Assembly: GCA_964252035.1 (NCBI GenBank) | Contig: OZ176202.1 | Reading direction: 5' to 3' (one strand) | Source: Podarcis erhardii | Lineage: Eukaryota | DNA: 64,000 nucleotides | Shown here: piece by piece, positions 38,307 through 50,483 of the stretch | How positions within the stretch are numbered: position 1 is the first letter of the stretch | How the letters are laid out: each line of letters starts with the position of its first letter | The notes under the pieces: model-generated | Databases searched by the model: none | Told to the model about the DNA's origin: nothing | What the model saw: the letters and a program-made list of their open reading frames with translations, nothing else | Translations under genes and position numbers: made by a program

Positions 38307-40086
38307 CGTAAATGAAAGTAGCAGCCACACTTCTGTGGGGAGGGAATTCCACAAGCATCCGTTTCTTAAGGAAAATAGAGATCAGGAAACCCTTATATCA
38401 GTGCCTATAAATCAATACCAATGTTATTTTCAGGAATCTCAAAAAGACTAACTTTGGATTCCAAGTTTAAATAACATTGATCTGAAAAGGTAATGATCCC
38501 ATAGTATCTTTGAAAATTGAAAACATTTTATACAAATAAGAAATGTTCTATTTCCTACATTCAAGAATAAGAAATGTTTCTCAAATCTCTCTAGAGCTGC
38601 TCATCCAAAAGAGCTACAAAGCTCATGTCCTTACTTGAACTTCTTTCCTAGCAGTAACCTAATATGCCAGTTTCTCTTGCTGATGAATAGTTGTGAGCTA
38701 CTTGAAACTGTGCAGGCATTTCATACATTCAACTTCTGGGGTAGAGGGGTGGGGAATCTAGTATTACTCTCCAGTATTACTCTCCCTTTAGTAAAGTGGG
38801 TCTCCGGCATCGAACCACACTGGGCACATGCAGCAAGAAGAAAGCCAGGATGGGTTCCTGGAAAACAAGGATCTCTTAAAAAATCTTACATTTGGGGAAG
38901 GGAACCTGCCTGCCTTCCCCACTCCAAATATTAGCTTAAATAAGAGTTGGCATGTGTGCACTTGCTTCTGTTACAGCAGTGTTTCGCAGATACTGTGTTG
39001 TGCTGCCTTGAAAGTACTTGTTAGAAAAAGAGGTATAAATTACAGAAACAAATTCATTCAGAAATTACTTTCTCTGAGCAGTTGCATGGGGCCAAAATCC
39101 CTGCCTCAATTACCATGTGCGAGCAAATGGAAGCAGAACCTCTCTACTCCTCTAAAGTGGTTGTTTGGAATATGGATTTCCCTCAAGAACTTTGCAAGCC
39201 AACATGCTTGTACTTCCTATTAATAGTTATTTGTTTAATGAATTTTTATCCTGCCCTTCCTTCTTGGGGCTCAGAGCAGCATTAAAATAAGCTAGTGCAT
39301 GCTGCTGAAATCATGGAAGTTTAATTTCTTCTCCCAGAGACAGATTTAGGGCAGTGTGACCGATTCCGCCACACTGGCCACCGAGCATAGTGGCCGCTGC
39401 AGAGCACTGCAACTATGACATAGTGAATTGAGCAGAACAGAAGGTGAGATGCATGGAGTGCCAAATTTTGGCCTTGCAGAGGGTGCCACTAAAATTTGAA
39501 AGATCAAAGTTTGCCCCTGCTCCTCCATTCCAACTGCTGCCATGACAGGGAGGAAACTACTCTGAGTCTGTCTTGTTGTCATATGTGAATGTGGGTTTCC
39601 CCAAGCAAACAAGACTGTGGGTACTTTCCTCCCTGACACAGGTGCCTGAAATTTCAGCAATGGGCAGAAGCACACTGATTCTTCACATTAAATCATAGCT
39701 TATTTGTTTAATGTGGCATGCAAACTGGGCCAATGAGCTACACTTAGATAAAACACTACTTTCAGTTTTAATTTAACAATGCATGCCAGGCCTAAAGATA
39801 TTAAAGAGAATGAAATCTCCACTTAGACTGCACAATTGACATCCACCTGTACAATGACACTTCTTTCTTCTTCTCCTCCTCCATGCAGTTCCACATATGC
39901 CCCCAAAATCTGCTAACACTCCAAGCAGATTTTGGGGGTGCACACACAGTAGAGGAGAGGAAGGGGAAAGACAAGTCCGCCACCAATGTCACCCACCAAC
40001 CGCTGCTCAAACTATGCTACCAGACAAATAATTATGATAGCCATATGGAAAACAATCACACAGCATCAAAACTAGCAGACTCTTAG

Positions 40087-40165
40087 TCAAAACAAAACAA
40101 ATTCCTTCCAGTAGCACCTTTGTTTTGTTTTGACTATGGCAGACCAACACGGCTACCTATCTGTA
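40087..40165. mobile_element. 79-bp Penelope-like retroelement terminus
   Basis: Perfect 13-bp TSD agcagactcttag (40074-40086, 40166-40178); ttccagtagcacc...ctatggcagaccaacacggctacc shared with the 60001 copy. The Penelope label is from recalled consensus. Confidence 0.7.
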
Positions 40166-42137
40166 AGCAGACTCTTAGGCAACATTCTAAAATCCTTTCA
40201 GTCCCCAGGTCTCTACATTCCCATATAAGCAGACTAATATAGTAAGTAGTTAGAAGAGGAGTAGAAATGACAGGCTGCATAACATGTATCAAATCCAGAG
40301 GAGGACTATAACTATTCTAGTATGAGCTGCACCGCAACTTCAACTATGCATATCTATAAATCACATTAGCTACGCTTACTATGGATATACTGCGTATCAA
40401 GTGTCTTGAGGGCTACAGCTGAAAGGACACATGTGAAATCTTAGCCAAGCCTGTGGATTGCAACTACACTCTTAGTAAATTTCTGTTGAAAAGGTTAACA
40501 GTATTTTCCATGAAATGGAACAGGATTAGACTTCAGAACAAGCTTGAAATCCAGATTTTCCCAAGCAGCCAAATTCTAAATCCTATCACAGAATGATTAG
40601 TAATTTATTTATTTATTTTACTTGTAGTGCTTATGCCATGACCTCTTAAGGCAACATAACATTAAAAAATAATTACAACACTATGAAATAGATAAGAGTT
40701 ACTAAGATTGGTCAAATATGTAAATATGTTTCCCCATCTCTTCCATGTTCCAACTTCCACTCACTTCTGAAACCTGCTGAGTCAACTAGATGTTACATCC
40801 CTCAAAGCTGCTGCTTCTTCACTGGGCTGCTGCTAACGCCCCTCATAGCCTCTCTTGGCAGATGAAGGAGGCACCAGAGGAAGCAAAAGTCTAGAGACCG
40901 TGGGGTTCAATATATCCCCTATCACAAGTATTCCATCACATCATTTGCAGAAAACAGTGAAGTTTTATACACAAAATACTGCAGTTGTGGAATGAATAAT
41001 ATTTTTTTAAAAAACAATTGCCAATTGCTCAGATCATGTTTCAGACATGAATGCAATCCCTGACCACAAGCTGATAATCCTAAAGTATCTTAACTGCTAT
41101 GCATGTTGACTAGTTGAGTAAACATATGTCAAAGGAAAAATGAGATAATATTTTAACAAATTAACACTTTACTGCAAGAAAGCCTGTTGATTACTAGCAT
41201 GGTACATTACAAAGATTAATTTACCACTACACTGTTGTTTGCAATTATATATTATCAAATAATCTGACAGCTAGAAAGACAGGCTTATTTTAAAACTGTA
41301 GATGTAATCACTGGGACTCTTAAAAGAAAAAATCTACACATTAGAAGCCCTTAGGATACCTAGAAGTAAGCTACCTAAGAAAACAAGTTTGTTTGTTTGT
41401 TTGTTTGTTTACACAAAAGTGTTTAGAAATAAAATCATTTCTATTTTTAAACAAAAGATAGTGATATCCTATCCAGCTGAGCAGTGGAAAGTCTGATCAC
41501 TCCACATCTGTGATATTTGTATCAGTTTTGAAGGAACTCTGAGCCACATAGCTCACACTAGGAGAATGTGATTAGCAAATGGATTAATGCAAGCTTTTGG
41601 TTCTGTTTCACGCCCAAAGAACTGCATAATGCTATCAGTGATGACGGATGGAAATAATTCCATTTAGCTTTTCCCATTTCCTAAGTTCATTAGCAAAAAT
41701 GAATGGATCGTAATTGCACATAAAAATTAGGCAAGCCTGGCAGTTGTGAAATTGTTACTTTTGTTTATTACATACAAGGAAAATAAGCATGATAAATTAG
41801 ATCACTCTAGGGCATCAGACCATTTCCCAATGAAAAATGAAAATTACTTTTCACAAGTTTGATAATTTTCCTATGCAAATTAAGGTAATTTCCCCAAAAA
41901 AGCAACACCAATGGAAGGAAGGAAGGAAGGAAGGGGAAAGGTGTGTTGCCTAAGGAGGCTCCCACTTGCACAACTTTGGATCCTACACAATATATGGGCC
42001 CACTCTTAAAGCAGCAGCAACAACAACAACACCATAGCCACCTAATCTTCACCAGAAAGTCCCAGGGCAGGATGCAACTATGTAAAATACATTTTAAAAA
42101 GTTTAACAGAAATTACAGTCACAACTAGAATGGGCCC

Positions 42138-42152
42138 AGATAGATAGATAGG

Positions 42153-42220
<68 letters not shown>

Positions 42221-42238
42221 TATACAGAGACAGACAGA
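42138..42238. repeat. Compound (GATA)n(GACA)n microsatellite
   Basis: Direct reading. Confidence 0.97.
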
Positions 42239-42329
42239 AAGTCAAAGATCAGGTTAAGCTCATGATGAAAGCTGCATAATGAAGGTGCCACAAACCCCTC
42301 TGTGGGTGTCTGCCACAGAGAATGCTTTC

Positions 42330-43010
42330 TCTCAGAGTATCCCACAACCTCAGCTTTTGAGGGCAGAAGAACTACCAAGAGGCCCCCAGTGTTCTGAGCT
42401 TAACACCAGGGTGTGTCTGTTGAGAAGGTGGCAGCTGTTCAGATATTTGGGGCTTAAGTCATTTAAGGCTTTAGACACTAGTGTGAGCACCCTAAATGAC
42501 ATATAAAAATGAACAGGCAACCAATGTAGCTGTTTTAAAATAGGAATTATGTGTGTTATAAATGGAACCCCAACAAGTGATTTGGCCTTTGCATTTTGGA
42601 CCAGTTGATGTTTCTTCAAGGGCATGGGGGACAAGATGAAACCCTGCAGGACACCACAGAACCAACTCTTTTTGAAACTGTTCCTAGAGGGAAGAGCAGA
42701 GCTACTGAAGAACAATGCCCTCAACTCCGACCTGCCTGACAAGCTCCAGAAGAATACCATGGTCAACAGTATCAAGGCCACTGAGATCAGGAAGAACAAG
42801 AAGGGTTGCACTTCCCACACCTCTGCTGCCTAATGTCATCAGCCAGGGCGACCAAGGCAGTTTCAGTGCTATGACTGGGCCTGAAGCCAGACTGGAATGG
42901 ATCCAAGCAATCACTTTCTCCCAAACATATCTGAAGCTGTGCCACAACACACTCAAAGAGGGGATATTTGTTACTGGGCGATAGTTGTCCAACACATCTG
43001 ACTGCAGGGA
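42330..43010 (-). mobile_element. Old L2 LINE fragments (RT region)
   Basis: LKQLHWLPVHF, NYRPVTNIP and LLVLPDLS...DTVDHGILL motifs in ORFs 42350..42820 and 42702..42995. Confidence 0.8.
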
Positions 43011-46000
43011 GGTCTATTTAAAGACCACTTTTTAATGCACCACTTCAGGCGGGTACTTTCTCTCCTCCAGGGAAGCATTAATCCTCAGACACACCCAATC
43101 AACTCCCTACAGCTAAGTCCAAGAAGCCAAGACAGGCAAAGGTGAAAGGGGCAGGTGGTTAGTTGCATATTTTCCAATCAGCTTGCCACATCCTCAGACC
43201 ACAGTAATTGAAACCAATCCAGTACAGAAGGATCAAACAGCGCTCCATTGGACTTGCTCTGTGACATCCAACTCTGTCCAAATTACAATTTGCCCATTCT
43301 ATACACAAATGCAACAGCTATCATTTCCTTCCAATGATGGCTGCAAACAAGCAAAGCATAATATGAAGAGATGCTCAGGGTTATGACCAGATTATCAAAT
43401 GTACACAATATTTTTACAAGCTACATTTATACATTTTCATTTAAATGCAAACAAGAAAACAACGTGCAGCATATGCTGTACTTTATTGTAACACTGGTGA
43501 TATGTTATCACTTCAGCAAATAATCTAAATTGCTTTCTCCTTATCTGAAAGTTGTTGCATCAAAAGCAGGCATTGGAAAGCACCATTTTAATAGAACAAA
43601 CTGGGATGAGATTGTGTGTGTTAAAAATCTCACTTCTAAGAATTGTTAAGGTTTCAGATTTCTGTGAATAGGACTATTATTTAAGTCAGAGGTGGGGACT
43701 TGTGGCCTTCCAATGTTGTTGCAAAACAGAGTGCTCTGAGAACAGAATACTTGGACTAGATGGGCCTTTACTCTGATTCAGGCTTTTCTTGTGTTCTTAA
43801 CGTCCAACATGAAGAAGTGTTCTACAAAGTTTGCCAACCATTTTGACACTTTTTGGTTGTCCTAACAAAAGTGTATTAGCCTTTCAATCTTTTCCCTTCT
43901 TTCTCAAGTGATCAATTTACTTGAAAATTTTATTTTTCTAGTATTTTTCTTTGCAAAACCATGGGTTATTTCTCAAACCTTATTTATCTTGCAAGTTCAC
44001 ACCAGACAGATAAAAAGCCAGGATCTTAACTGTTTATGCCCCATAGTAGCTAACAGTGCAACTTTTTATAAATGTTAATACTTGCTGAAATTTTTCAGCT
44101 TCTGCCAGTCACTGACAGTTTGCAAAAGATATGTAGGATTATCTTTATGAGGGCTGCCCTTGAAGAAAACTCAGAAACTTCAATGGGTTCAAAATGCAGC
44201 AGGCAGATTAATGTCTGTGTTACCTTCAGAACTCGTATAATCCATGTTCTAGAACAGCTGTATTGGGCTACCAGTTTGTTTTCATGCTAGATTAACACTC
44301 CAAATGACATACTTCAAATATGTGAAGGACTGTCTCCTCTACAGGCCCCCTTCCCCTTGTGAAGATCTGCAGAGAACGGGTGAGAAAATGCATGTTCTGT
44401 GGCAGCCCTTAAGTGATGGATTTCTCTCCCCCAGAGGTGCATCTGGTTTCTTATACAGCTTTCAGCAAATGTTGAAGATGTACCTCTTTATCCTGGCCTT
44501 TAACACCCAAAATGTGTGTTTTCAGTACTGGACCTATTCTGTAATTGGTTCCAAATGTTTATAATTCTGAATTTTAAATTGCTGTAACTCTGCTGGTGAA
44601 GGGTAAGTAATACATTTAATAATACTAATGACATTTAACTGAACTGCAGCATATTAAGTGGACATTTATTCACATATATTTGGGACCCATTAATCCTACC
44701 AGCAGGCTTTCACTGTCCTTGGGATCAATGTCAGCAATTATTATGGTGCTTTGTCTCTTCTACCAGTCAATACACAAGGAACTCTAGGACTGGTAGTTCT
44801 CAAGAATCACACAGAAAGATTGGTGTTTCCCTGTCTCCCCAACTCTTAAGTCCTAGTTAAACTACACAAACATATTATCTTTTAGAGAAGAGCACGGGTC
44901 AGCAACTCACTTTTTAAAATGTTGCTTCATCTGCCTTAATGTAGCTTCTTATTGGCTTCAACAGATCTTGTAAGATCTAGTCCACAAGTACATAAACACA
45001 GGGAAATAAATATAGTCAGGCAATTTACTGTATATTTACTGTAGTAAGTTTACAATTTACTGTAGCCCCATTTCCTCACTTAGAGAGTAAAGGGATTGCA
45101 GCCTAAGCCGTCACTCCTTCAGATTTTCAGGCTATAGTAAATTAGGGTGAATGTACATTGCTTACATTAATAACCCAGGATAGTCAGGTGATATATTTCC
45201 ACCTGAAAAGGTGGAAATAGTTCAGTGGTAGAGCCAGAGCTGGCCTCATGCTGGGTGCCCTGCCACCTCTACCAGCAACAGAGAAGCGCCCTTGGGTATA
45301 GCATATGCATGCCAGATATCCTTGGTATCTTCAAAGCTAGGCTGAGGAAGGCTTCTGTCAGAAACCTTGAAAACACCTTACAGTACATGTACTAGCCAGT
45401 GTCAACAATACTAAGTTAGATAAATCAGTGGTCAGACTTGGTACAAAGTAGCTTTCTATCTCACCCATCTACCCACCCTACTACAGCTAGGGATAATGCA
45501 ATCTAGGAGAATGCATATCTGGGAAAGGGAACAAAGCAGACAGCTCCATAATTTTCAAGTAAGACACATAGCTGAGATTTGGAGATCTGCTAGTTCAGGC
45601 AGAGAAAGCATTCTTGAGAACTGCCTGTCTCTGGAGATTTTATATGACACTGTATATATGTAATTAAAAGTAAAATAATTCAAAATTCTATAAATCTCTG
45701 CTGAAATGGAAGGAAATCCAGATAAACACTATGTCCCTGGAACTTCTCACAGCTCAGAAAAGTGAGACAGAGCATAACAGTGTATTACTAATTTCAACAC
45801 AACCAACTATGATATGAACAGGTGATTAACATTTGGAGCAGATAAAAAAGAAAAGTGTATATAAACTTTTGTAGCTTCTAAATATGGGGTGGTATTCAAA
45901 GTGAGTCCTGCTAAGAGTAAACGGCCATAACTAATTTAGGTTCATTAACATCAAGTTGATCTACTTTTGAGCAGGGCTTAACTGAATACAACCCATCAGT

Positions 46001-47358
46001 ATTTGTGGCAAATATATTTACACAGGATTATGCACATACTTTCTTTTTTACATCTGTATAAGAGAAGTGTCACGTGAAAAAAAGTTGGATCAGATTCTTA
46101 AAAACAACAACATGGCAGCCTTAGTTTTTTCTAAGTAGTCTAGGTATGGCAGGTCTTTTGATTTTTTCAACTCCTAAGCACAGAATTCCTACCTCATTGT
46201 TTAAGGCTGAGAAAGCACTTCCAACCTGAGCATGTTCTGAAATACACAGACTACAATTTAGAAACAAAGCACCCAAAGAATTGTGTGTGAACTTCTATGG
46301 ATTCAACAGGGCACTTTGCGTCACCACCTCTTGAGCTTCCTGCTCTTTCTCCACCCCTCCCCTGCCCTTGTGAAGACTGGAGAATCCTAAGGCTGTGTAA
46401 GAGGCTGCATTAGTAAGATGAAAACAACCCATGTTTTGTGTATGCAAAGCAGAGTTTTAGGCATGCACATGGTGCACTTTGGATCCTAGGTAGTCCTGGT
46501 TGCAATTCTGACAGAGACTGCAGGGCCATTACCTGTTCTTTGGATTATCCGTTTCCATCAAAATCACTTAATGAAAGATAATAGACGTTTTGATAAGGAT
46601 TTTTCAATTGAATTTAGGATCTTAACATTACCTGTATTATTTAAACAGCATTATCCACGTACTTGGAAGAAATTAGCTATACCAGATTGGCCATAAGAAG
46701 AGGGAGAAAATGAGAGAAGCCTGGGTCTAGGATCTCTTTCTTTAGACATCAGGTATCACACAGAAGAAAACAGGAGGACGCTTGTTTCTTATTTTGGGCA
46801 GGCAACACAACAGGAGCGGAACACCTGAGATGAACCTCTCCTCCCGCCAGTGAACTCATGATGGAGCCTCAAGGAAGACAACGGCCTCCTGGCGAAGGGG
46901 CTGGCCAAGGCCTTGCCAGCAGCTCCTTCAGCCGCCTTTTTTCCTCCGCTGCATTTCGTTCGCCTGGGCGAAGAGCTGCCGCTGCTGCACTGCAGGGCTG
47001 CCCGAGGAGAAAAAGAAGCGGACGGCGGGAAATGGCCGTAACCGTCAGAGTAGAAAGAGATAAAAGAAACACCGGGGGGGGGGGAGCGGAAGGGAAGGAA
47101 CAGGTCGCTGCCGTCCTTCCCCACCGCCGTCCGTCACAAAGCAGCGTAGTCGGCCGGGGTGGGGAGGCGGCTCGGCGGCTCCAGGCGCTCGCAAGGAAGC
47201 AGCAGCCCAGCTCAGTCGCAACAATGGAGGAAGCGGGAAGAGCCGGCTATGGGGGAAACGAAGGGGAGAGGCTCGCCCTGACGGCCAGCTGGTTAGACCA
47301 GGGCGGCGGGTAAAAAGCGCGGCGCCCGGCCTGAGCGCGGCAGTTACTATAGAAACCG

Positions 47359-47381
47359 TGGCGGCGGCGGCGGCGGCGGCG
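47359..47381. repeat. (GGC)7 tract in ADSS2 intron 1 within the CpG island
   Basis: gtggcggcggcggcggcggcggcggg. Confidence 0.9.
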
Positions 47382-47489
47382 GGAAGAGCCGCGGGGGGTC
47401 CGCTCTCGTTCTCTCTCTGCGGCCCGTCGCCTCCCCGCGCGCGCGCCTCCGCGAGAGTTCAAGGTGACTCGGCCCGCCCGGCTCCTCAC

Positions 47490-47669
47490 CTGGCACCTGC
47501 AGACGATGTCCGCGTCCTGCGCCAGCAAGTCCACCACTTTCCCTTTGCCCTCGTCGCCCCACTGTGCCCCCAGCACCACGGCCACTTTATTGCCGGGGTG
47601 CCGTGAGGCGGCCCCGCCGTTGGGGATGGTGGCGGCGGCGGCGGCGGGCGTGGAGCCGCTTTCAGACAT
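47490..47669 (-). CDS. ADSS2: ADSS2 coding exon 1 ([19 protein letters not shown]...[27 protein letters not shown])
   Basis: ATG in context ggagccATGt; GTP-binding P-loop; donor CAG|GTGAGG; 180 nt. Confidence 0.97.
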
Positions 47670-47712
47670 GGCTCCCGCAGGCGAAGGTTTCCGTATTGCT
47701 CTTAAGGCACAT
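47662..47712 (-). promoter_or_regulatory. Overlapping uORF ([16 protein letters not shown], stop) in the ADSS2 leader
   Basis: ATG 43 nt upstream of and out of frame with the main ATG; its TGA lies inside the ADSS2 CDS; weak Kozak context (cgcATGt). Depends on TSS position. Confidence 0.45.
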
Positions 47713-47924
47713 GCGAGGAGCAGAGGAGGAAGCGGCGCGCCCGACTCCGCCGGCGACGGCTACCTCATCCCCGCCTTCCCTCCCAGTTGCCGCATCCCGC
47801 TCCGGCTCCTGCTGCCGCCTACCGGCCTCCCTTTGGCATCCCGCTCCGGCGCGTGTCAGGAGGCCCGCCCCTTCATCTGCATAATATGTTAAATGCCGGC
47901 GCTTCGTGCCCATATATAGAAGGA

Positions 47925-47937
47925 ACTACGCTGCCCA
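47925..47937 (+). promoter_or_regulatory. ZNF143/SBS-type motif ACTACGCTGCCCA
   Basis: Exact fit to the ACTAYRNNNCCCR consensus, between the divergent genes. Confidence 0.55.
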
Positions 47938-48153
47938 TAGTGTCGCGCGGCTAACTTCGCAGTCTCGCCGTGAAATGGCCGCGGGTCATGCTGGGAAACG
48001 CAGTCGCTCCGGCTCTCGCCTCAGCTGGCGGGACGGCGCGCTGCTCGCTCGCCCCACTGTGGCCATCCGCGCTGTTCTTAGTAGACGCAGAGCGAGCGCG
48101 AGGCAGCGTCGGTTGCTAACGGCGGTTTGGGGGCCGTTCTTTCGGCAGCGCTG

Positions 48154-48236
48154 ATGGCGCGCTTTTTGTCCCCGCTTGTGTGGGCCAAGCCCCTGCTGCT
48201 CTGCCTCTGGTTGAAGGGATGCTGGGCAGTGTGGAG
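48154..48236 (+). CDS. CATSPERE: CATSPERE exon 1, signal peptide (MARFLSPLVWAKPLLLCLWLKGCWAVW)
   Basis: Hydrophobic leader like recalled human LLLWLSCYGSALWR; donor AG|GTGCGG; 83 nt. The ORF track start at 48127 is a TTG, not an ATG. Confidence 0.85.
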
Positions 48237-48457
48237 GTGCGGGAGAGAAGGATGGCCCGGGGGGCTGAACGGGTTGGGAAGGGGATGTCAGAGAGGCAGG
48301 TTCAAGGGTGCGAGAGGGGAAACGAGGAAGTGGGAGTGTCCATGGCTCAGGGTAGCGAGCGGCCCTCATGGTGAGTGCAGGTTGCATCTTGTGAAGAGAA
48401 AAGTAACAGATATGAGGAGGTAGAGCACTCCTCTAGCCGGCCACCCAGGGGCCGTTA

Positions 48458-48690
48458 CAGTGGTACTTCGGGTTAAGTACTTAATTCGTTCCGGAGGTCC
48501 GTTCTTAACCTGAAACTGTTCTTAACCTGAAGCACCACTTTAGCTAATGGGGCCTCCCGCGCCACCGGAGCACGATTTCTGTTCTCATCCTGAAGCAAAG
48601 TTCTTAACCTGAGGTAATATTTATGGGTTAGCGGAGTCTGTAACCTGAAGCATATGTAACCTGAAGTGTATGTAACCCGAGGTACCACTG
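48458..48690 (+). mobile_element. Tigger-like MITE family A at the edge of the CpG island (CATSPERE intron 1)
   Basis: Both TIRs and TA TSD present. Confidence 0.92.
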
Positions 48691-49207
48691 TACTTCGGTT
48701 TGCTCACTCTTCTCAGTCCAAGAGCCACATTTGGAATCCCCTCCGAGGGTTGCATGCCAGTGGTGGGCATAGTGAAAGTGAGCACAGCCAGTGCGCCCAC
48801 TCTCCGACATGGAAGGCGGCTGACAAATTAGGCGAAGGGAAGGTCGTCTGGCAAACACACTCCCAGGACATCCCTGGGACTGCTTTATCCTGTGAGATCA
48901 GCAGAGAGACCTTCAAATATTTTCTGCTTCTCTTGGTTTATTCAATCCATACCTGAGCAGGGGAAACAGGCCAAAAAATCCAACAGATACCAACAGATAA
49001 AGCAGACAGCTGGATACAGTAATTCTTTAAGGAAGCAATGAATATCTACTGGTAATTGATCAGACCAGGGTTCCTCAAGGAAGCCAAGATATTTAAATCA
49101 CAAACTGCATGTATAGTATAGAGGTGTGTGTGTGCTCATTAACATCGAAAAACTATGAAGAGTTTTGCCTTTGTTAATGAGCACCTTGTTTTTTACTGTC
49201 TTTTCAG

Positions 49208-49256
49208 ATATGAAACTTCAGTAGGGCATTATATTCTATTTACTGCAAGAACTGGT
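49208..49256 (+). CDS. CATSPERE: CATSPERE exon 2 (RYETSVGHYILFTARTG)
   Basis: Acceptor gtcttttcag|A, donor GGT|GTAAGT; 49 nt; phase-consistent. Confidence 0.85.
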
Positions 49257-49670
49257 GTAAGTACTTCATGTTTAAGACTACTGTCCATACATAGGCTAAG
49301 ATCTAATTTGGCAAGTAGAACTGGGTCAAACCTTGAACCACCTTGTTACTGTAACTTTACTCATTCCCACCCTGAAAGTCAAGTGACTTTTGCCTGCCCC
49401 AATTTTCTCCCTTACGAGGGGCAGGGAGGTCTGGTGGGGGCAGTGGGAAACCATGACCCATCCCTAGTAACAAGGAACATCCCAGAAATTGGTCATTCCA
49501 CTGTCATAGCTTTCAAAAATTTACAAAAGTAGGCTGGAAAATTCACTGCTGAATTCCAATTCATGCAGAAATCCAACACAATAATTTGTGCCAGGATTCC
49601 CAATATTTGATTAAAGTCATTTTGGCAGCTTTGGGCTTGAGTGATTCCAATTTATCTTTTCTTTGTCTAG

Positions 49671-49744
49671 ATACATTTAGTGTATGAAGGGCCTTCATTT
49701 GTTGAATGGGAATTTTCCGTATTATGTACTATTGATGATAAAAG
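49671..49744 (+). CDS. CATSPERE: CATSPERE exon 3 (IHLVYEGPSFVEWEFSVLCTIDDK)
   Basis: Acceptor ctttgtctag|A, donor AG|GTAAGG; resembles recalled human IKLEYEGTLFTEWSVPETC. Confidence 0.9.
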
Positions 49745-49887
49745 GTAAGGAATGCAAAAATGTGTAACACAGATGTGGGGCTGTCCTGGGGGATTGGAAT
49801 AGTGAATGCCCTGTGTTCTATGTGCTCCATGGGGAGTATGCTCAAACATGAGCCCCAGTTGAAGACAATACATGCTATATTGTCTAC

Positions 49888-50036
49888 GCTGGGATTAGCT
49901 CAGTTGGTAGAGCATGAGACTGTTGATCTCAGGGTTGTGGGTTCAAGCCCCACATTAGGCAAAATATTGCTGCATTCCAGGGGGTTGGATTAGATGAGCC
50001 TTGTGGTCCCTTCCAACTCTACATTCTATAATTCTA
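49888..50036 (+). mobile_element. tRNA-Lys-derived SINE with CR1-like tail
   Basis: Head tagctcagttggtagagcatgagact...gggttcaagccccac; tail ggggttggattagatgagcc...cccttccaactctac. Confidence 0.85.
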
Positions 50037-50483
50037 ACTCCAGCTTTATTGGGCTTTCACCCACAGTATAGACTCAGGCCCCTAATCTCACACTCCCTTC
50101 TTCAGGCAATACAGTCCCTTTAGTGATCAGACTGGTCCTACTAAGCTTGCTTACTCAGTGAAAAGGTTTCCCCACTTTATGGTGGCTACAGGACAACAAT
50201 ACCCCCCTTTGAAAATTTATGAGACTTGGGCAGTGATAAATTCAATGATCTTCTTATTAGCCCCTTCTGCAAACAGCCTAGGGTTACACATAGTTAGAAA
50301 ACATTCTGTCAGAGGCAGTCTGAGAGGGATATGCAGGGGAAAAAATATGGGAGTATGGAGAAGGAAAGAAGAAAATGGAATTTGCTACTACTGAAATCCA
50401 TGTTTTTTTTGTTAACAAGGAGAACAGATAATTTTTCTGGACCCATAGAGCAGGTGGATTATTGATTTTAAAAAGATTTGTCA

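Larger units (their letters stand above)
46780..48460. promoter_or_regulatory. CpG island / bidirectional promoter shared by ADSS2 and CATSPERE
   Basis: Sharp rise in GC and CpG against an AT-rich background; covers both first exons; ATGs at 47669 (-) and 48154 (+). Confidence 0.9.

Noticed and set aside
47247-47489. Extension of the ADSS2 exon 1 ORF to 140 aa
   Set aside because: Homology ends at CRCQ exactly at a canonical GTGAGG donor, so the rest is intron.
46789-48423. Many long overlapping ORFs (for example 46858..47313 and 47464..47892)
   Set aside because: This is expected stop-codon depletion in a GC-rich CpG island. Only the ADSS2 and CATSPERE first exons have splice and homology support.
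48691-48703. tacttcggtttgc after the 48458 MITE matches the family-B TIR, suggesting nesting
   Set aside because: The left flank (ccaggggccgtta) does not supply the missing CAGTGG and no family-B body follows. It is probably chance or an unresolvable remnant.
49888-49960. tRNA-Lys-like cloverleaf
   Set aside because: The acceptor stem and anticodon loop are degenerate and it runs directly into a CR1-like tail shared with the copy at 23037. It is a SINE head, not a tRNA gene.
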